A DNA stretch of 64,000 nt from Octopus vulgaris (lineage: Eukaryota): NCBI GenBank assembly GCA_951406725.2, contig OX597819.1, positions 112,220,001-112,284,000 on the forward strand, given 5' to 3'. Below are positions 49,218-62,515 of this stretch, piece after piece; positions within the stretch are counted from its first letter, which is position 1; each line of letters begins with the position of its first letter. A model generated the notes under the pieces. That model saw only the letters and a list, made by a program, of their open reading frames with translations. It did no database searches and was not told the origin of the DNA. A program made the translations under genes and the position numbers.

Positions 49218-52155
49218 TTCAATGTTAATACCATCAACTGCCACTAAGCAGAGACGATTTCAATAAATCGAGAATTTATCTCATATGTTATGTAATGTAC
49301 CTTTATTTGACTTTGTTGCTTAATTTTTCTTTCATTTATATATATTTTAAGAAAACTCACCTACACACCCACCCACATACATACATATGTATATAACAGG
49401 AAATAAATACCAAATTTCAAGAAAAGTAAAAAAACAAGTGAAAATAAACAGATTGCCATCTTAAGGACAAATGCGTTTTAAATAACAACCACACAGAAGT
49501 TAAATATATATATATATATCATGTTTTACTTGACTGCTCAACAAAATTAAACGAGGAATACAAAAATTTTCAATTTGAATAATGTTTTTTATTCTCATTT
49601 CATTTTTTTTTAGAGGGGTAGCAGAAAAAGGGTGTTATTTTTAGCTTTACAGTTTCATTTTAGTTGCTTAAGGAGAGAAATGGGGGTGGATTAAAAATTC
49701 AAATCGATTATAAAACTCAGATGATGTTTATTTTAATAAACTGAAGTTGCGTGGGTAGGGTTCCTGGGAATTGAAAAACAAACTCAAATTCAAATTTGAT
49801 TTTTAAAAAAATAAAAATTTTAAATTTCAGTTTATTTCGGGTTGATTTTGTTTGTTATTGTTTTTTCTTGTTTTTATAACCGATTTCTGATTTGATTTTA
49901 AATTTCAATTTTCAACATTTTATTATTACTTTTTTTTTTTTAAAGTTTTGATTTCACCTCACTTCAATAGATCACTCTTTGATTAATATTAGCCTGTTGG
50001 TCATTTAAAATAATTATATCAGTTTTGTCGATTCAAAATTTCAGGAGAAAAAATAGAAATGCAAAAAAAAAAAACCAAAAAACATAGCGAATAAAAAACA
50101 ATATTGGAAGCAATTTTCAGAGTGAAGAGAGAAAAAAATTAAATATTGAAACCAGAACACAACTCTACCCCTTCGAAAATCTCGAATCAAACTCCACATA
50201 ACAAGTTAGAAATCAATAGATTGGTGCTCAAAATAAGCAGTGTAAAAAAAAAATCTTTCCAAATAGAAAATAAAAACCACTAAATAATCCAGAAGCAAAA
50301 AAATATATATAAATATATGCTATAAATCAGAAAATTGATTTTGTTATTATTTTTCAAGAGGCAAAAAAAAATAATTTCTTGATATAGGTGGCTAACTGAA
50401 GAACCATCCAATTTGTTCTATAACATGCATTCTTAGTAGTTATGAGGTGATCTATCCATAATGTCAAAACAACCACGTTGGGATTCTCCCCCAGTTACAA
50501 TTAACAAGTCAATGTGACCCCTGAGTACTGTTATTATCACACAGGTTTCCTTTTACATGTTTAATGCTACTTCTATCTACTTCATGTTTTTTATACCATT
50601 AATAAAAGCTGTTATATACTGGCATTTATAGATGCTGTATATATGTAATTCTAACAGAAAAGTATGTTGTTGTTATTATTGTTGCTTAGACCCAGAGCAA
50701 CCCTAAAGAAGCAGATCTATAATTAAAAAAAAAAACACCTGACCATAATCATCTTGTCTCTTTTACTTTTTTAAAAGGAATGTAGGCCTACATTATCTCA
50801 TATCCTTTCATTATTCAAGATAGTAGGGCTCCATGAGTGAGAATTGGCTGCTATTTCTAGCCAGTCAGTGACCATACAGAGGCTGCTTTTTCACTGTGAT
50901 TACTATCCTGTCTTTTTCCTTTTCTAGTAGAATGTTGATCTACATTATCATATGTGTCCTTTCACTATCCAAAATAGCAAAATTCAATATGAGTAAGATT
51001 TGGCTGCTATTTCAAGCCAGTCAGTGACAGCATAGAGGATCCTTTGTCAACTCATAAAAAGCATGAGTAAAGTCAGAACCTGGCAAAACTAGTCAGCCTC
51101 TGTCAACGACAAAAATATGTGTGGCTATATGGTTATGGTGCAGCTCTACTGACCATATGATAAGAAGATCAAATCTAAACAGAGCCTTACTATTATGTAA
51201 CTGAACAAGTCACATAACTCCAGTTGGAAAGAATGAGAAAAAGTAATTTTCCAGACTCTTACTTCACAGATAAATGTTTAATAACAAGAAAGATACCCAG
51301 CTGTAAATTGCTCCAACAATATACAATATATTAGCTGGATAAAGGCTGATATATCAGACTAGGCTACACCACAACCCCAAATGCATACACAAAAGAAAAC
51401 AGTCATGGTAGTCTGGAAAATATGAATGCAGAACATCACATTTTATTCCACATCATTTCTCATTGATATGTGTGAATGTGTGTATGTGAGCAAGTATAGC
51501 CCATGAAATTATAATCCTCAGATGATTGGATATGTAACATATGAAACACAGAGACTTCAAAGTCTGGAGTCTCACACAGATATATATTTTAATATCTGTA
51601 TACATGGATTAAGCATATGAAAACCAGCATATTTTGTCAACTGCATATATAATTTCATTAACTCTATCCCAAGAAAACAAACACTTATGTGACACTGCAT
51701 TTACATTGCAGCAAGGCATAGCAATGTATGTTGCAAGACTTAATTATATATATATATATATATCATCATAATCAATATTATCAGTGCTTTAGCATCCATA
51801 TTTTCATGCTTGCATAGGTAGGATGGAATTAGTGGAGAAAATTTTTCATATAGTCATATATTCAATTAATAGTGACAGAAGCAGTATTAATATCAAAAGG
51901 CATTCGTTAAAGCTAACTTAATGTGGATGTACAAGAACGCCAAATACTGCATTATTTACCTTCGTGACCTCCCAATGGATGCGTAGTGCATAAAAGCACT
52001 CATATGTATATTGTTGGACAAGGAGAATCATCTGCTACAGGCACTGGAACTACCATATGATATGATTTCACCCTGCCCAGGATCATCAGTGACAGATACC
52101 CAGTAGTGACATAACAACTGAATCGCTGAATCTCACTGTCAAAGAGATTTTATTT

Positions 52156-52197
<42 letters not shown>

Positions 52198-52432
52198 TAT
52201 ATATATATATATATGGGAAGCCTTTAAGCAAGTGCTCAACTATTTGCCCTGATCACTCAACACCACATACCAGCAAGTAGGAGAGAACACAAGTAGATGT
52301 TCAAGCCATGTGCAATCAAAGAAAAATAATATATCCACTAGAAAGATGGGGAGTGTGTAAGTATACATCTGTATACATGTGTGTATAAGCATGTGTGTGT
52401 GTATATATATATATAATATACACACACACTCT

Positions 52433-52474
<42 letters not shown>

Positions 52475-53186
52475 CACAAAAATGGTGCACTAATAGCAAT
52501 TATCCTATAAAGTCCTTGGTGGATAAACGTCAAAGCAGGACTCTAATAGGCCAGTGGGAAATAAACCCAGCACCCAGAGGGATGAAGCTAAATATTGTAA
52601 AGGAGTCAATTAACTGAACACTCCACTATTTCTGCCATTCCAGCGCAATATCCTGATGGCAAAAGATGGGAAATTTGATGTGTGAGTCATTTCAAATTCC
52701 TGGCTATACATATCATAGAGAACCTCTTCTGGCCTCCATATTCAGATGTAATGTGAGCAGCATTATGAACACACACACTCCAACTATGACCATCACATGT
52801 TGCTTTCCAACAGCAGTCTATATAAGGCTACATTACCATTGGCATACTCAACTTCCTTTAAAACAATAAAATATGATTTAAAGGACTAAATAATTATTTC
52901 TAGCAGATTGAATGGCCGAGTAGAGATTTCTTCACTGGTTTATCTGCTTGGTTCATTTGAGGTTGTTGCAAGATGAGTCCCTGGTTTGGCATCATTCACT
53001 GCTCGAGAACAAAAATCTATTGACAAATAGTTTTCTTACACCCAAGAAATTGTTGAACTGCTGCATCACCCAGCCAGCACAATATTTCCTAATTATAAAC
53101 ACCACTAGTGACACAAACCAAGATTTTAGTCTCCTTAAATCTAGACTGTAACTCTCAGCCTTAAAAATCCAAACCAGGCAGTTTAA

Positions 53187-53408
53187 GCATTTAGCATTTA
53201 AACTGGCCATATATAGCCTCAAATTTTCTACCTGTTTTATGTTCAAACTGACCAGATCTGATCTCTCACACTTACTCTACAATGTCATTGTAAAAATTAT
53301 ACAATGACATCTGTGGAATCTTAAAGCTACAAGATAACAAGATTATAATTCAAATCAATGTGAATGAATATGTATTACATTAGACAGAGTAATCTGAATG
53401 ATAAAGGG
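53187..53408. mobile_element. piggyBac-type MITE (older copy)
   Basis: TTAA flanks; homologous to 3211-3431. Confidence 0.8.
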
Positions 53409-53789
53409 TTAAGAGCAGGCTTTGTTCTGACCAACATCTTTACCATCCAGAAAGCTTATTTGCACATAATTAACAATGTAAATTCAGACAACTGAATTGA
53501 CATCAGCTGCTAAGAGCTGTTTTGAAACTGAGTCCAATGTAACAAACCCCATGTTACCGAATATAATAATGGTTTCTAGCATAAGTACAAAGGAAGAGAA
53601 ATTTAGGGGACAGAGTGTAGTCAATTAAATCCACCCAGGTACTTAATTAGTACTTATTTTATTAACCCTAGAAGTATGAAATATAAAGTTGACCATGGCA
53701 GGAAGTGAAATTACAACATAAATGTTGTGAAATACACCAATATATCAAGTCCAATACTGTACCGATTTTATCATTCCTACAGTGTATAT

Positions 53790-54043
53790 CGGTGGTTTTC
53801 AACCAATTTTAACCTATGAACTCCTTTTGTTCCTATTTTCCTCTACTGGATCCTCATAGCCATTTGATATTTAGAAAAATTCCATTATATTTTTATAATA
53901 AAATATTATTAGAAATTATATAAAAATTTGTTAAAATATTTTATGCATTGTAAAAGTATAACCAATTCAGTGCACATATGTTTTGGCAACATAATCTTAT
54001 ATGGACCCCCAAGGGCCATATAGACCCTGGTTGAAAACCACTG
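53790..54043. mobile_element. hAT-type MITE
   Basis: TIR cggtggttttcaacca / tggttgaaaaccactg; 8-bp TSD gtgtatat / gtgtttat. Confidence 0.85.
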
Positions 54044-54879
54044 GTGTTTATGACCATAAATATGCATGCTATCTTATTGTATTGCTGACTGTAACAGCTC
54101 CAGGAGAGCAGGTGTCAGGTAATTATTCCACAAAAACTTTGGACAATGAAAAGCAAAGTGTACAAGCTTGTTTTTGTTGTTTTATTTTTGGGAAGTGGTG
54201 GGTATAAATTTTACGGCTCAAACTATGCTAGAATTTCTGTTTAGCAAAACGAATAAAGTATTCAAGGAAGAAAAGAAATACAAATTGGTTTCCAGCCCAC
54301 ATGAAAGGACGAAGCTAAATATTTTGATGTTCTATTGTCTTCAAATCTCCAGCGTCTATAGAACTATAGCAAGGTGACAGACAAGCAAAGCTTCACAAGC
54401 TGACATCACAAGATTTATAGCAACAGTGACCACCAGTTTAATATACATCTAGATTGAAAACTTCGATGAACTGAAGGCTTTGATAACAATAAAGCTGTAA
54501 CCCATTGCTCTGTACTTTCTTGCTGATGCACTATTGTATTACTCAATAATCTAGCTTCCTCTCTACTTAGATAAATAGCCAGAAAGTTAAGGTATACTTT
54601 CTCTCTCTCCCTCTATCTCACCCTTCCTCTCTGCAGTAAGTAACAGTGGTTACAAGGTAAGTGGGAGAGAAAACTGTAATTGTTAAATTTTCTGATAAGC
54701 CAAAACATTTCTGCCTTCGGCAACCACAAGGAAATGACGGCAGTGTTAGGATGTCTGCTCCCCTGGAGTAAACAGATATATAGCCGTTCCTTGAGGAATA
54801 ATGCTTAATATTATAAAAGGTCAAAAGTCCACAACCTGTACTCTATGAGTTGCACTAAGTTGTTAAAGGAACAATGACA

Positions 54880-55343
54880 AAAGGAAAGAAAGAAGTGGGA
54901 GAAGAGAAAAGGGAGAATGAATGAGGAGAGGAGGTGAGATGTGGAGGGATGAGATGGGAAGAAGAGAGATGTGAAATGGCAGGTGGAGAGATATAAAGCA
55001 AAGAGTAGATGTCAAGAAGATGAAGACAAAGCTTCAAAGGAGAGCTGGAGGAGTAAGGAGAGAGAGGGGAGGGAAGAGAGAACAGAAATAATTAGCAATG
55101 ATAGAATTATTAATGTAATAGATTGAAATATATAAAAAAAATTGATTTTCTGTGATCTCTGACAATTTTGTTGAAAGAGGGAGAGTGAGGAGAAGGAAGA
55201 AGAGAGAGAGAGACAAGGGTAGAGAGATACAAGGAAAGGTAAAAAGTGAAAGAGAGAAAGAGAGAGAGAGGTAAGGAATGGCAGAGAGGCAGGGGAAAGT
55301 AGAGAGAGAGAGAAAGAGACAAGGAATGGCAGAGAGGCAGAGG

Positions 55344-55380
<37 letters not shown>

Positions 55381-55498
55381 ATACAGAGAAAGGATGAGAG
55401 AAAGAAGAGGAATGATTTGGATGAAAGAGAGAAGGGAAAGATATTGGGAGAAAAAGAAAGAGGCAGAAAGAGAGAGGGAGGGCAGAGACAGGGGTGAC
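54880..55498. repeat. GA-rich polypurine tract
   Basis: Seen directly in the sequence. Confidence 0.85.
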
Positions 55499-56079
55499 AA
55501 TTGTAAATTATACCTGACATATTAAACCATTGTAAAGTATGTCTTTATATCAAATATAATATAAATAATTAATTCTATTTGAACCCCCACCACCACAATC
55601 ACTACCACCACCACCACCAAAACCCACCTACCACTTAGTTTGTCTGCTCCAGAAACTCAAGCAATAAAATATTTCTTAACAATTAATTCGTTTATTGGTT
55701 TGTCATATTTCTGGGTTTTGAAAATTTGGTCTGTTTTTGACTTTTTTGTTTTTTGAACTTTTGTTCCCATTTTTCCGTTTGTTGGCTTTTTTATTTTATT
55801 GATTTTTTTTTAGTGGGGAGGAGGTCTTTTTATGTATTTATTTATTCATTTATTTATTAATAGTAGTATTTTTTGTTGGCAAAAATTATGCTAGAATTTC
55901 TATTAGCAAAATAAATAAAAAAAATATGTATATAAATAAAAGGAAGAAATAATAAATTGGATTTGAAATTATCGCTTAATGAAAATTTTGAAAAAAAAAT
56001 CAAAATAATAAAAAAAGAAAAAATATCAAACAAACGGTTTTAGCTTTAGGCAAGAGATTCAATTTAAAACAAACCTTAC

Positions 56080-56104
56080 CATTGGTAGATCTTTGAGAAA
56101 ATAT
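56080..56104 (-). other. Candidate 25-nt micro-exon of an unidentified minus-strand gene
   Basis: tttcag|ATATTTTCTCAAAGATCTACCAATG|gtaagg within a TE-free AT-rich region; splice signals only, no homology evidence. Confidence 0.3.
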
Positions 56105-59100
56105 CTGAAATTATTAAGATATTTTCATTACAGCAATTAATTTTGTCAATAGACAAAATAGAAAAAAAAAAATTCTAATCTTCATAGAAGAGTAAAGTGA
56201 GAGGGGGAAAGAGAAAAGAAAAACAGAAAAAGAAAAAAAAACAACAACAACAACAACAGAAATCACTTATAAAGAGAGAAGTTTCAGAACAGGAAGAGTA
56301 GGAGACGAGAATGGAAAGAATACGAGGAGTAGAGAGAGGATGGAAAGAGAAAGAATTAGAAATTGGTAGATTACTAGAGATAATAAAAAGGAAATTTAAA
56401 AAAATTAAATTCCAGAAAGATCCTAAGATGTTTTTAATATGAAGAAGACACACATCTATTTATATACATATGTGCGCGCGTGCGTGTGTGTATATACATA
56501 TATATAAAATGATACACACACATATATATATATATAAATATATACACACATTATATAAGTATACGTATATACATATGTGAGTATATAGAGAAGCATATAT
56601 AGATGTGAAGAGGACCACATACACACACACACATAAATACATGTGTCTTTGTGTTTAAGCAGACCTCTGTGCACATGTCTATGTGCATATACATATATAT
56701 GATATATAAGCATATGCATTTATAAATATACATTGAGAGGTATATGTAAACATGAAGAAGCACACATGCATATAAATGTATTTGTATATATTTATTTGTG
56801 CATATGCATTACACACACTCTCTCTCTCATACACACACACATATACACATGTTTAAATGTGCCAATAAAGGAAAAGAGAACAAAATACATTGCATAGAAT
56901 TTGTATTTATATGTCTTTAAGACTGAAGTCTCAGACACATGAAGTCACGTGCGTAATTATTCAGGTGCTTGCCAAATGCAACTTAAAGAAGCTTGTTTTA
57001 TTGGTTATGAGTAAGCTTGGTTGCCATGAGATGGAACTTGTTGCAAGCTGTAGTTGTGAGGCACTGAGGTTGCCACAATGTAAGGGAATGCATGGAAAAC
57101 ACTCTGACCATAGTTAACTTTTATTAAGCAGGTTTAGTTCTCATAATTTCTTTTAGTGGTAATTTTTAGCTAGCATTATTTTTTCAGTTGATTGGTTAAA
57201 AAATATCCCAAGAGAAATGCTTGTCCTTGATTGGAAATAATATCAGATTTTTTTGTAGAGAAATAATACAGCTGTTTTAATATATGTAGCTTCTCAGACA
57301 AGCAAAAGCTGCAGTTACATAACACTTTAGAATATGAGGAAGGTACATTTGAGGAGCAGCATAGACTGAAGCAGCCTGTATCTCTGAAGTGAATTCCTAT
57401 TGCCACCACAGATGAGTATCTCTCAAGGGACAGTTTCAACCAATCAATGCAGAAATTAACAGCAGTTAATGACTACATCAAAGGGAATAACGAGGTATTA
57501 AAATCTCTTAGCTAACCACACTTAATTTTATCTGGATTGCCTCCCTTACAGCCTAGTAGCACTAAACACTGCATTCTTGCATCAGCTTGCAATAATCTCC
57601 ATCATTTGGCTTGCTTGATTAATGGAATCCAAGCTTACAATCCACTAGCTAGATCTTCTCTTCCAAGTCACATGTGGCTAAAACTTAAATAATGGCAAAA
57701 ACTTGATTGATTAAACACATTGAGAAATGAACACTACAGTCAACAAGTGCTCAGCTATGTATGCAGTGTGTGTGAGTGTGTGTGTGTTTTGTGAAAATGC
57801 ACATAACGATACAGTAAATGTGTATAAATTTCATCCTAGGGTTATTGTTATTATTATTATTATTATTATATTTATCCTACAATATATCGGTATGGTTCGA
57901 TGCAACCCCAAAATACTGGTTCAGCAGTCAGCATCATTAGACTGTCACCGGCATAATGGAATAGGAGCTTTATTTGCATATTCAAAACATTTCCATAGAC
58001 AAATTGAAAAGATATATCTATATACGTACATACATACATACATACATGCATACATGTGTATGTAGGCAAGTATAAAGATTTAGATTTTAAATTGGAAGAT
58101 CTGTGAACCAGTTTGATGTTGAGCTGTTTGTACTCTTAAGCGACTACCCTGGATAATTCTCAGTATAAGCATGGATTATATAAACTACCACAACGATAAG
58201 GAGGAAAGGGTTAATTTGGTTGCCATCACCATTTGTAACTATCTTTAGAGAAGGTGGAATGAAACAGTCAGACCTGAGCACACACACACGCAACCAAACA
58301 TACATATATACATACATGCACACACACACGTATATATATGTGTGTTTGTGTGTCTTCTTATCATCATTCTTTTAATTAATATCCTTCTGTGCTGGCATGA
58401 CTTGGGCAGATCTGAAGAACAAAGTATTACCACTCATCTGATCTTGTACCATTTTGATCTTGTTTGTGAATCAAAGGCTCTTAAGATCTAACCATACCAT
58501 CAATGTCATCTTCACTGACACACAGCTTTCATTATTATCCTCTGGCAAGTCATCACGTCTGTAGTAACAACATCGCATGTCTCGCCCCTGCACACTTCCT
58601 GTGTTGTTCTTTATAGACCAGCCATCTCTTTAATCCACTTGCACTAAAGCTTTCAAGTTAGCATTGCATACCTAACAAAAATTGTACGCATGCATGCATA
58701 CACACATATATTCAAACTAAGGTTTTGATCACTTATTTAGGTATACCAGTACAACATTTCATACATATCAAAGAATACGGAGACCAGTGCATCACAAAAT
58801 TTTTTTAGTTAGTCATACAGCTTGAAAGTACACTTACCGCCTATTTCCAAACGCAAGTGCCCGGCATTGAGTACACTTACTACCCGTTTCCAGAAATAAG
58901 AGCCTAGCCCCAAGTGCACTTACCACTACTCCACTCACGGATGCATCATGAATGAAACAAGTAAATACACAGCATCCATGTAGCTACATGGGATACCAGA
59001 TACTAGTTAAGTATAATGATACATATCTACCTTAGGGTCTTACCCTCCAAATTTTCTGTAGCTGTTTACTCTCTTAGCCTTTTTAAATGCTTACTAAATT

Positions 59101-59251
59101 ATCACACAAAGCAGCAGGGGACTATCATTATGGTGGGAAGAACTAGTCCCACTCTTTTATCCTTCAAGTTGTATTGGTTTTGTGCTACAAGTACCATGTG
59201 TCCAAGTGGCAACAGAACATGGTTAAAAAGTAAGCTGTTTCATACATATAT

Positions 59252-59534
59252 ATATAAAATTAAGAGGAATGACCACTAAAGTGGACACCTAATATGCTAA
59301 ACATAGATGTCAAATCGCCATTACCATGAAGAGTGTGTTCTCAAGAAAAATCTCAGCAAAAACGCCAAAATGTAAAAATGAACAATTTTCATTTGTCTTG
59401 CTCCCTTTTACATTTTGGTGTTTTTGCTGAGATTTTTCTTGAGAACACACTCTTCGTGGTAATGGCAATTTGACATCTACGTTTAGCATATTAGATGTCC
59501 ACTTTAGTTAGTAGTCATTCCTCTTAATTTTGTA
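59252..59534. repeat. Fold-back with arms of about 125 bp
   Basis: aaaattaagaggaatgac...ccaaaatgtaaaa mirrored by ttttacattttgg...gtcattcctcttaatttt. Confidence 0.9.
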
Positions 59535-59830
59535 TGTAACACAACTTTTAATCTTCAGATTTTTAAATATGCTAAGCCACTGGTTTTAATTGATTAATAT
59601 CAATTTCTACCCTTATTATATAAATTTATATATATATATATATACACACACACACATAGTATATGTGCATGTTGCAGACATTGCAGTCAGATACTATTTA
59701 TTCAAACAAAATCCCATAGTGCTCAATATGCATTTGCGGAGAGTCACATAGTACACACAGACACATCTGTGCATGTATGTGCGCGCACGCACACACACAC
59801 ACACATACACACACATACACAAGCATGCAT

Positions 59831-59865
<35 letters not shown>

Positions 59866-60629
59866 ATGGATAGATAGACAGATAGATATATAGACAAATA
59901 GATGGATAGACAGACAGACGGACACACAGACAGACAGCCAGATGTAACTAAATATCACAATACATTTTGTCTATACCTCTACCAATTATGCTAATCCCCT
60001 GCACTTGTAACAACAACAACAACAATAATAGTAATTTATAATGATATTAGACTCACACACACACACACATACACATAACCACATGCATGCACACACAGGT
60101 ACAAATCACCATTTCACTGGTATTTGCTACACATTTGCTACAGCAATTGTATTTATGATAAACAGCAATCATAAAACAGAGGGTCTAATTAATCGTGATT
60201 GACGATTAATTATAGTCATAAGAATCAGTATAATTATAGGTTAATTATGTGTATGAATGTGTACATGTGGCTTGTATGAGCATGTACGTATTTGTGTGTG
60301 CGTGTTAAAATGAGTATGTACTTGTGTGTGGGTGTGAGTATGTGTGTTTAAATGAGGAGGACCATGTGTGTAAATGTGTGTGTGTGTGTGTGTGTGTTCA
60401 CAGATTTATGGTTGAATAAGTATGATTACATGAGCATGTGTACATGCATGTCAGCATGCAGATGTATGTATGGATGTGTCAGTGTGTGTATGCGCATGGA
60501 ACTATATATGTGTTTGCTTCTACGTGAATGAGTGAGGTACAATGGAAATACTGGAATTAATGGTAAGAGGCGGGCAAAAACTACCAACAACATCAATGAA
60601 GATTTCTTGGAGACAGTGACATTTTGTCA

Positions 60630-61120
60630 TTCATCATCATCATCATCATAATCGTTTAACGTCCGTTTTCCATGCTAACATGGGTTGGACAGTGCAACCA
60701 GGGTCTGGGAAGCCAGGAGGCTGCACCAAGCTCCGGTCTGATCTGGCAGTGTTTCTACAACTGGATGCCCTTCCTAACACCAACCACTCAGTGAGTGTAG
60801 TGGGTGATTTTTGTGTGCCACCGACACAGGGGCCAGAAGAGGCTGGCACCGTCCAGGATTGGTTGTTGCTTTTTACATGCCACCGGCACGGATGCCAGTC
60901 AAGGCGGTGTTGACATCGGCTATGATCGGATGGTATTTTTTACGTGCCACAAGCACGGGTACCACAACTACAATTTCCATTTGATTTATATTTTGATGTA
61001 CTTGACTCAATAGGCCTCCTTAAGTACAGCAGGTTGCCCTACAGTCCAAGATAAGCAGACCATCCTGCAAGCTTCATTTGTCACTTCATTTTTCGGGTCT
61101 TCGCAGTCACAGCATATCTC
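60630..61120 (-). mobile_element. RTE LINE 3' end (ORF terminus plus 3' UTR)
   Basis: RYAVTAKTRKMK* near 61086-61119, then modules and a (TGA)n tail. Confidence 0.8.
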
Positions 61121-61502
61121 CTTCTTATATTATTACTTTCACTCTTTCAAGTGCAGCTATGCCAAAGCACTTCTTTCACATGCTTCAGTTATATCAACAC
61201 AAGTATCTAGCCATTTCAGAAAGTGAGATTGGTAAAATGGCCAGCTGTCTAAATTCCTCTCCATGTAAAGTGATGTAAGTCCAAACAAAACGAAACTTTT
61301 TATTCAACAAATCAATTTACAGCCAATCTTTCACTGATTATATTGTTCACTGTTTAATGTCCACCTTCCATGCTGGCATGGGTGGGATATATATACACAC
61401 ACACACATTATATATATAACACAAGCATAACCTGTAGAGTTAAGAAATTTGTTTCCCAACTACATAGTTCCAGGTTCAGACTCCAGGAAGGTTAGTCAAC
61501 AC

Positions 61503-61833
61503 CAGTGGTTCGCAACCAAGGTCCATATAAGATTTTGTGGGTTCATACAACAAAATAGTATATTAGGGATCCACTATTATATTTCAAGGGTCCTTGAAAA
61601 ACCTTTGCTTTAGATGTATGTATTGGTATGCATTTTACAAGAAACAGCTAAGTTTCTTTGTGTAATGTTTTACAAAGTTCAACTTATGCAAGTTGACAAG
61701 TGAAAAGCAAAATAGGAATTTTGAAAGAAGTTTCTATAAAACTAGTTTTTAAACATTGAATGACTGTGGGGGTCCACCAGAATAAATTGGTAATCAAAGG
61801 GGTCTGTAGATAAAAAACGATTGAGAAGCACTG
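61503..61833. mobile_element. hAT-type MITE
   Basis: TIR cagtggttcgcaa / ttgagaagcactg; TSD gtcaacac / gtcaatac. Confidence 0.85.
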
Positions 61834-62099
61834 GTCAATACCATGAATCCTAGTACTTTGTTGGTACAAAATTCTAATGAACGTGCATGGCTTATTGGTT
61901 AGGGTCACAAAGTCATAAGTTCAATACCAGCAGCGCATTATGTTCTTGAGCAAGACACTTTATTTCATGTTGCTCTAGTTCCCTCAACTGACAAAAATGA
62001 GGAGTATTTGTATTTCAAAGGTCACAACCAAATAAAATTCCACAATGCATTTTGTCCGATGTCCTAATGAATTTGCTAGCTCACTGCCTCTGCCATAAT

Positions 62100-62515
62100 A
62101 ATAACAGTTTCAAAGTTTGACACAAGGCCTCCAAATTTACTACTCGATTGATACTTATTCTGTTGACACCAAAATGATGAATGGCAAAGTTAATCATGGC
62201 AGTATTTGAACTCAGAATGTAGAGAGCCAGAAGAAATGCTACTAAAAATTTTGTCCGATGCACTAACAATTCTGTCACTACATTATGCAATAATAGTAAT
62301 CCTTCCTACTGGAAGCACAAGGCCTCAAATTTGGGGAGAAGGAATTAAGTCAATTACATCAACCCCAATACATAACTGGAAATAATTTTATTGACCCCGA
62401 AAGGATGAAAGGCACAGTTGACCTCATCAGAAATCGAATTCAGAACCTAATGGCAGACAAAATACCACTAAGCATTTTGCCTGGCGTGCTAACAATTCTG
62501 CCAGCTCACTGCCTT
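62100..62515 (-). mobile_element. Two SINE A copies
   Basis: Similarity to family A. Confidence 0.75.
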
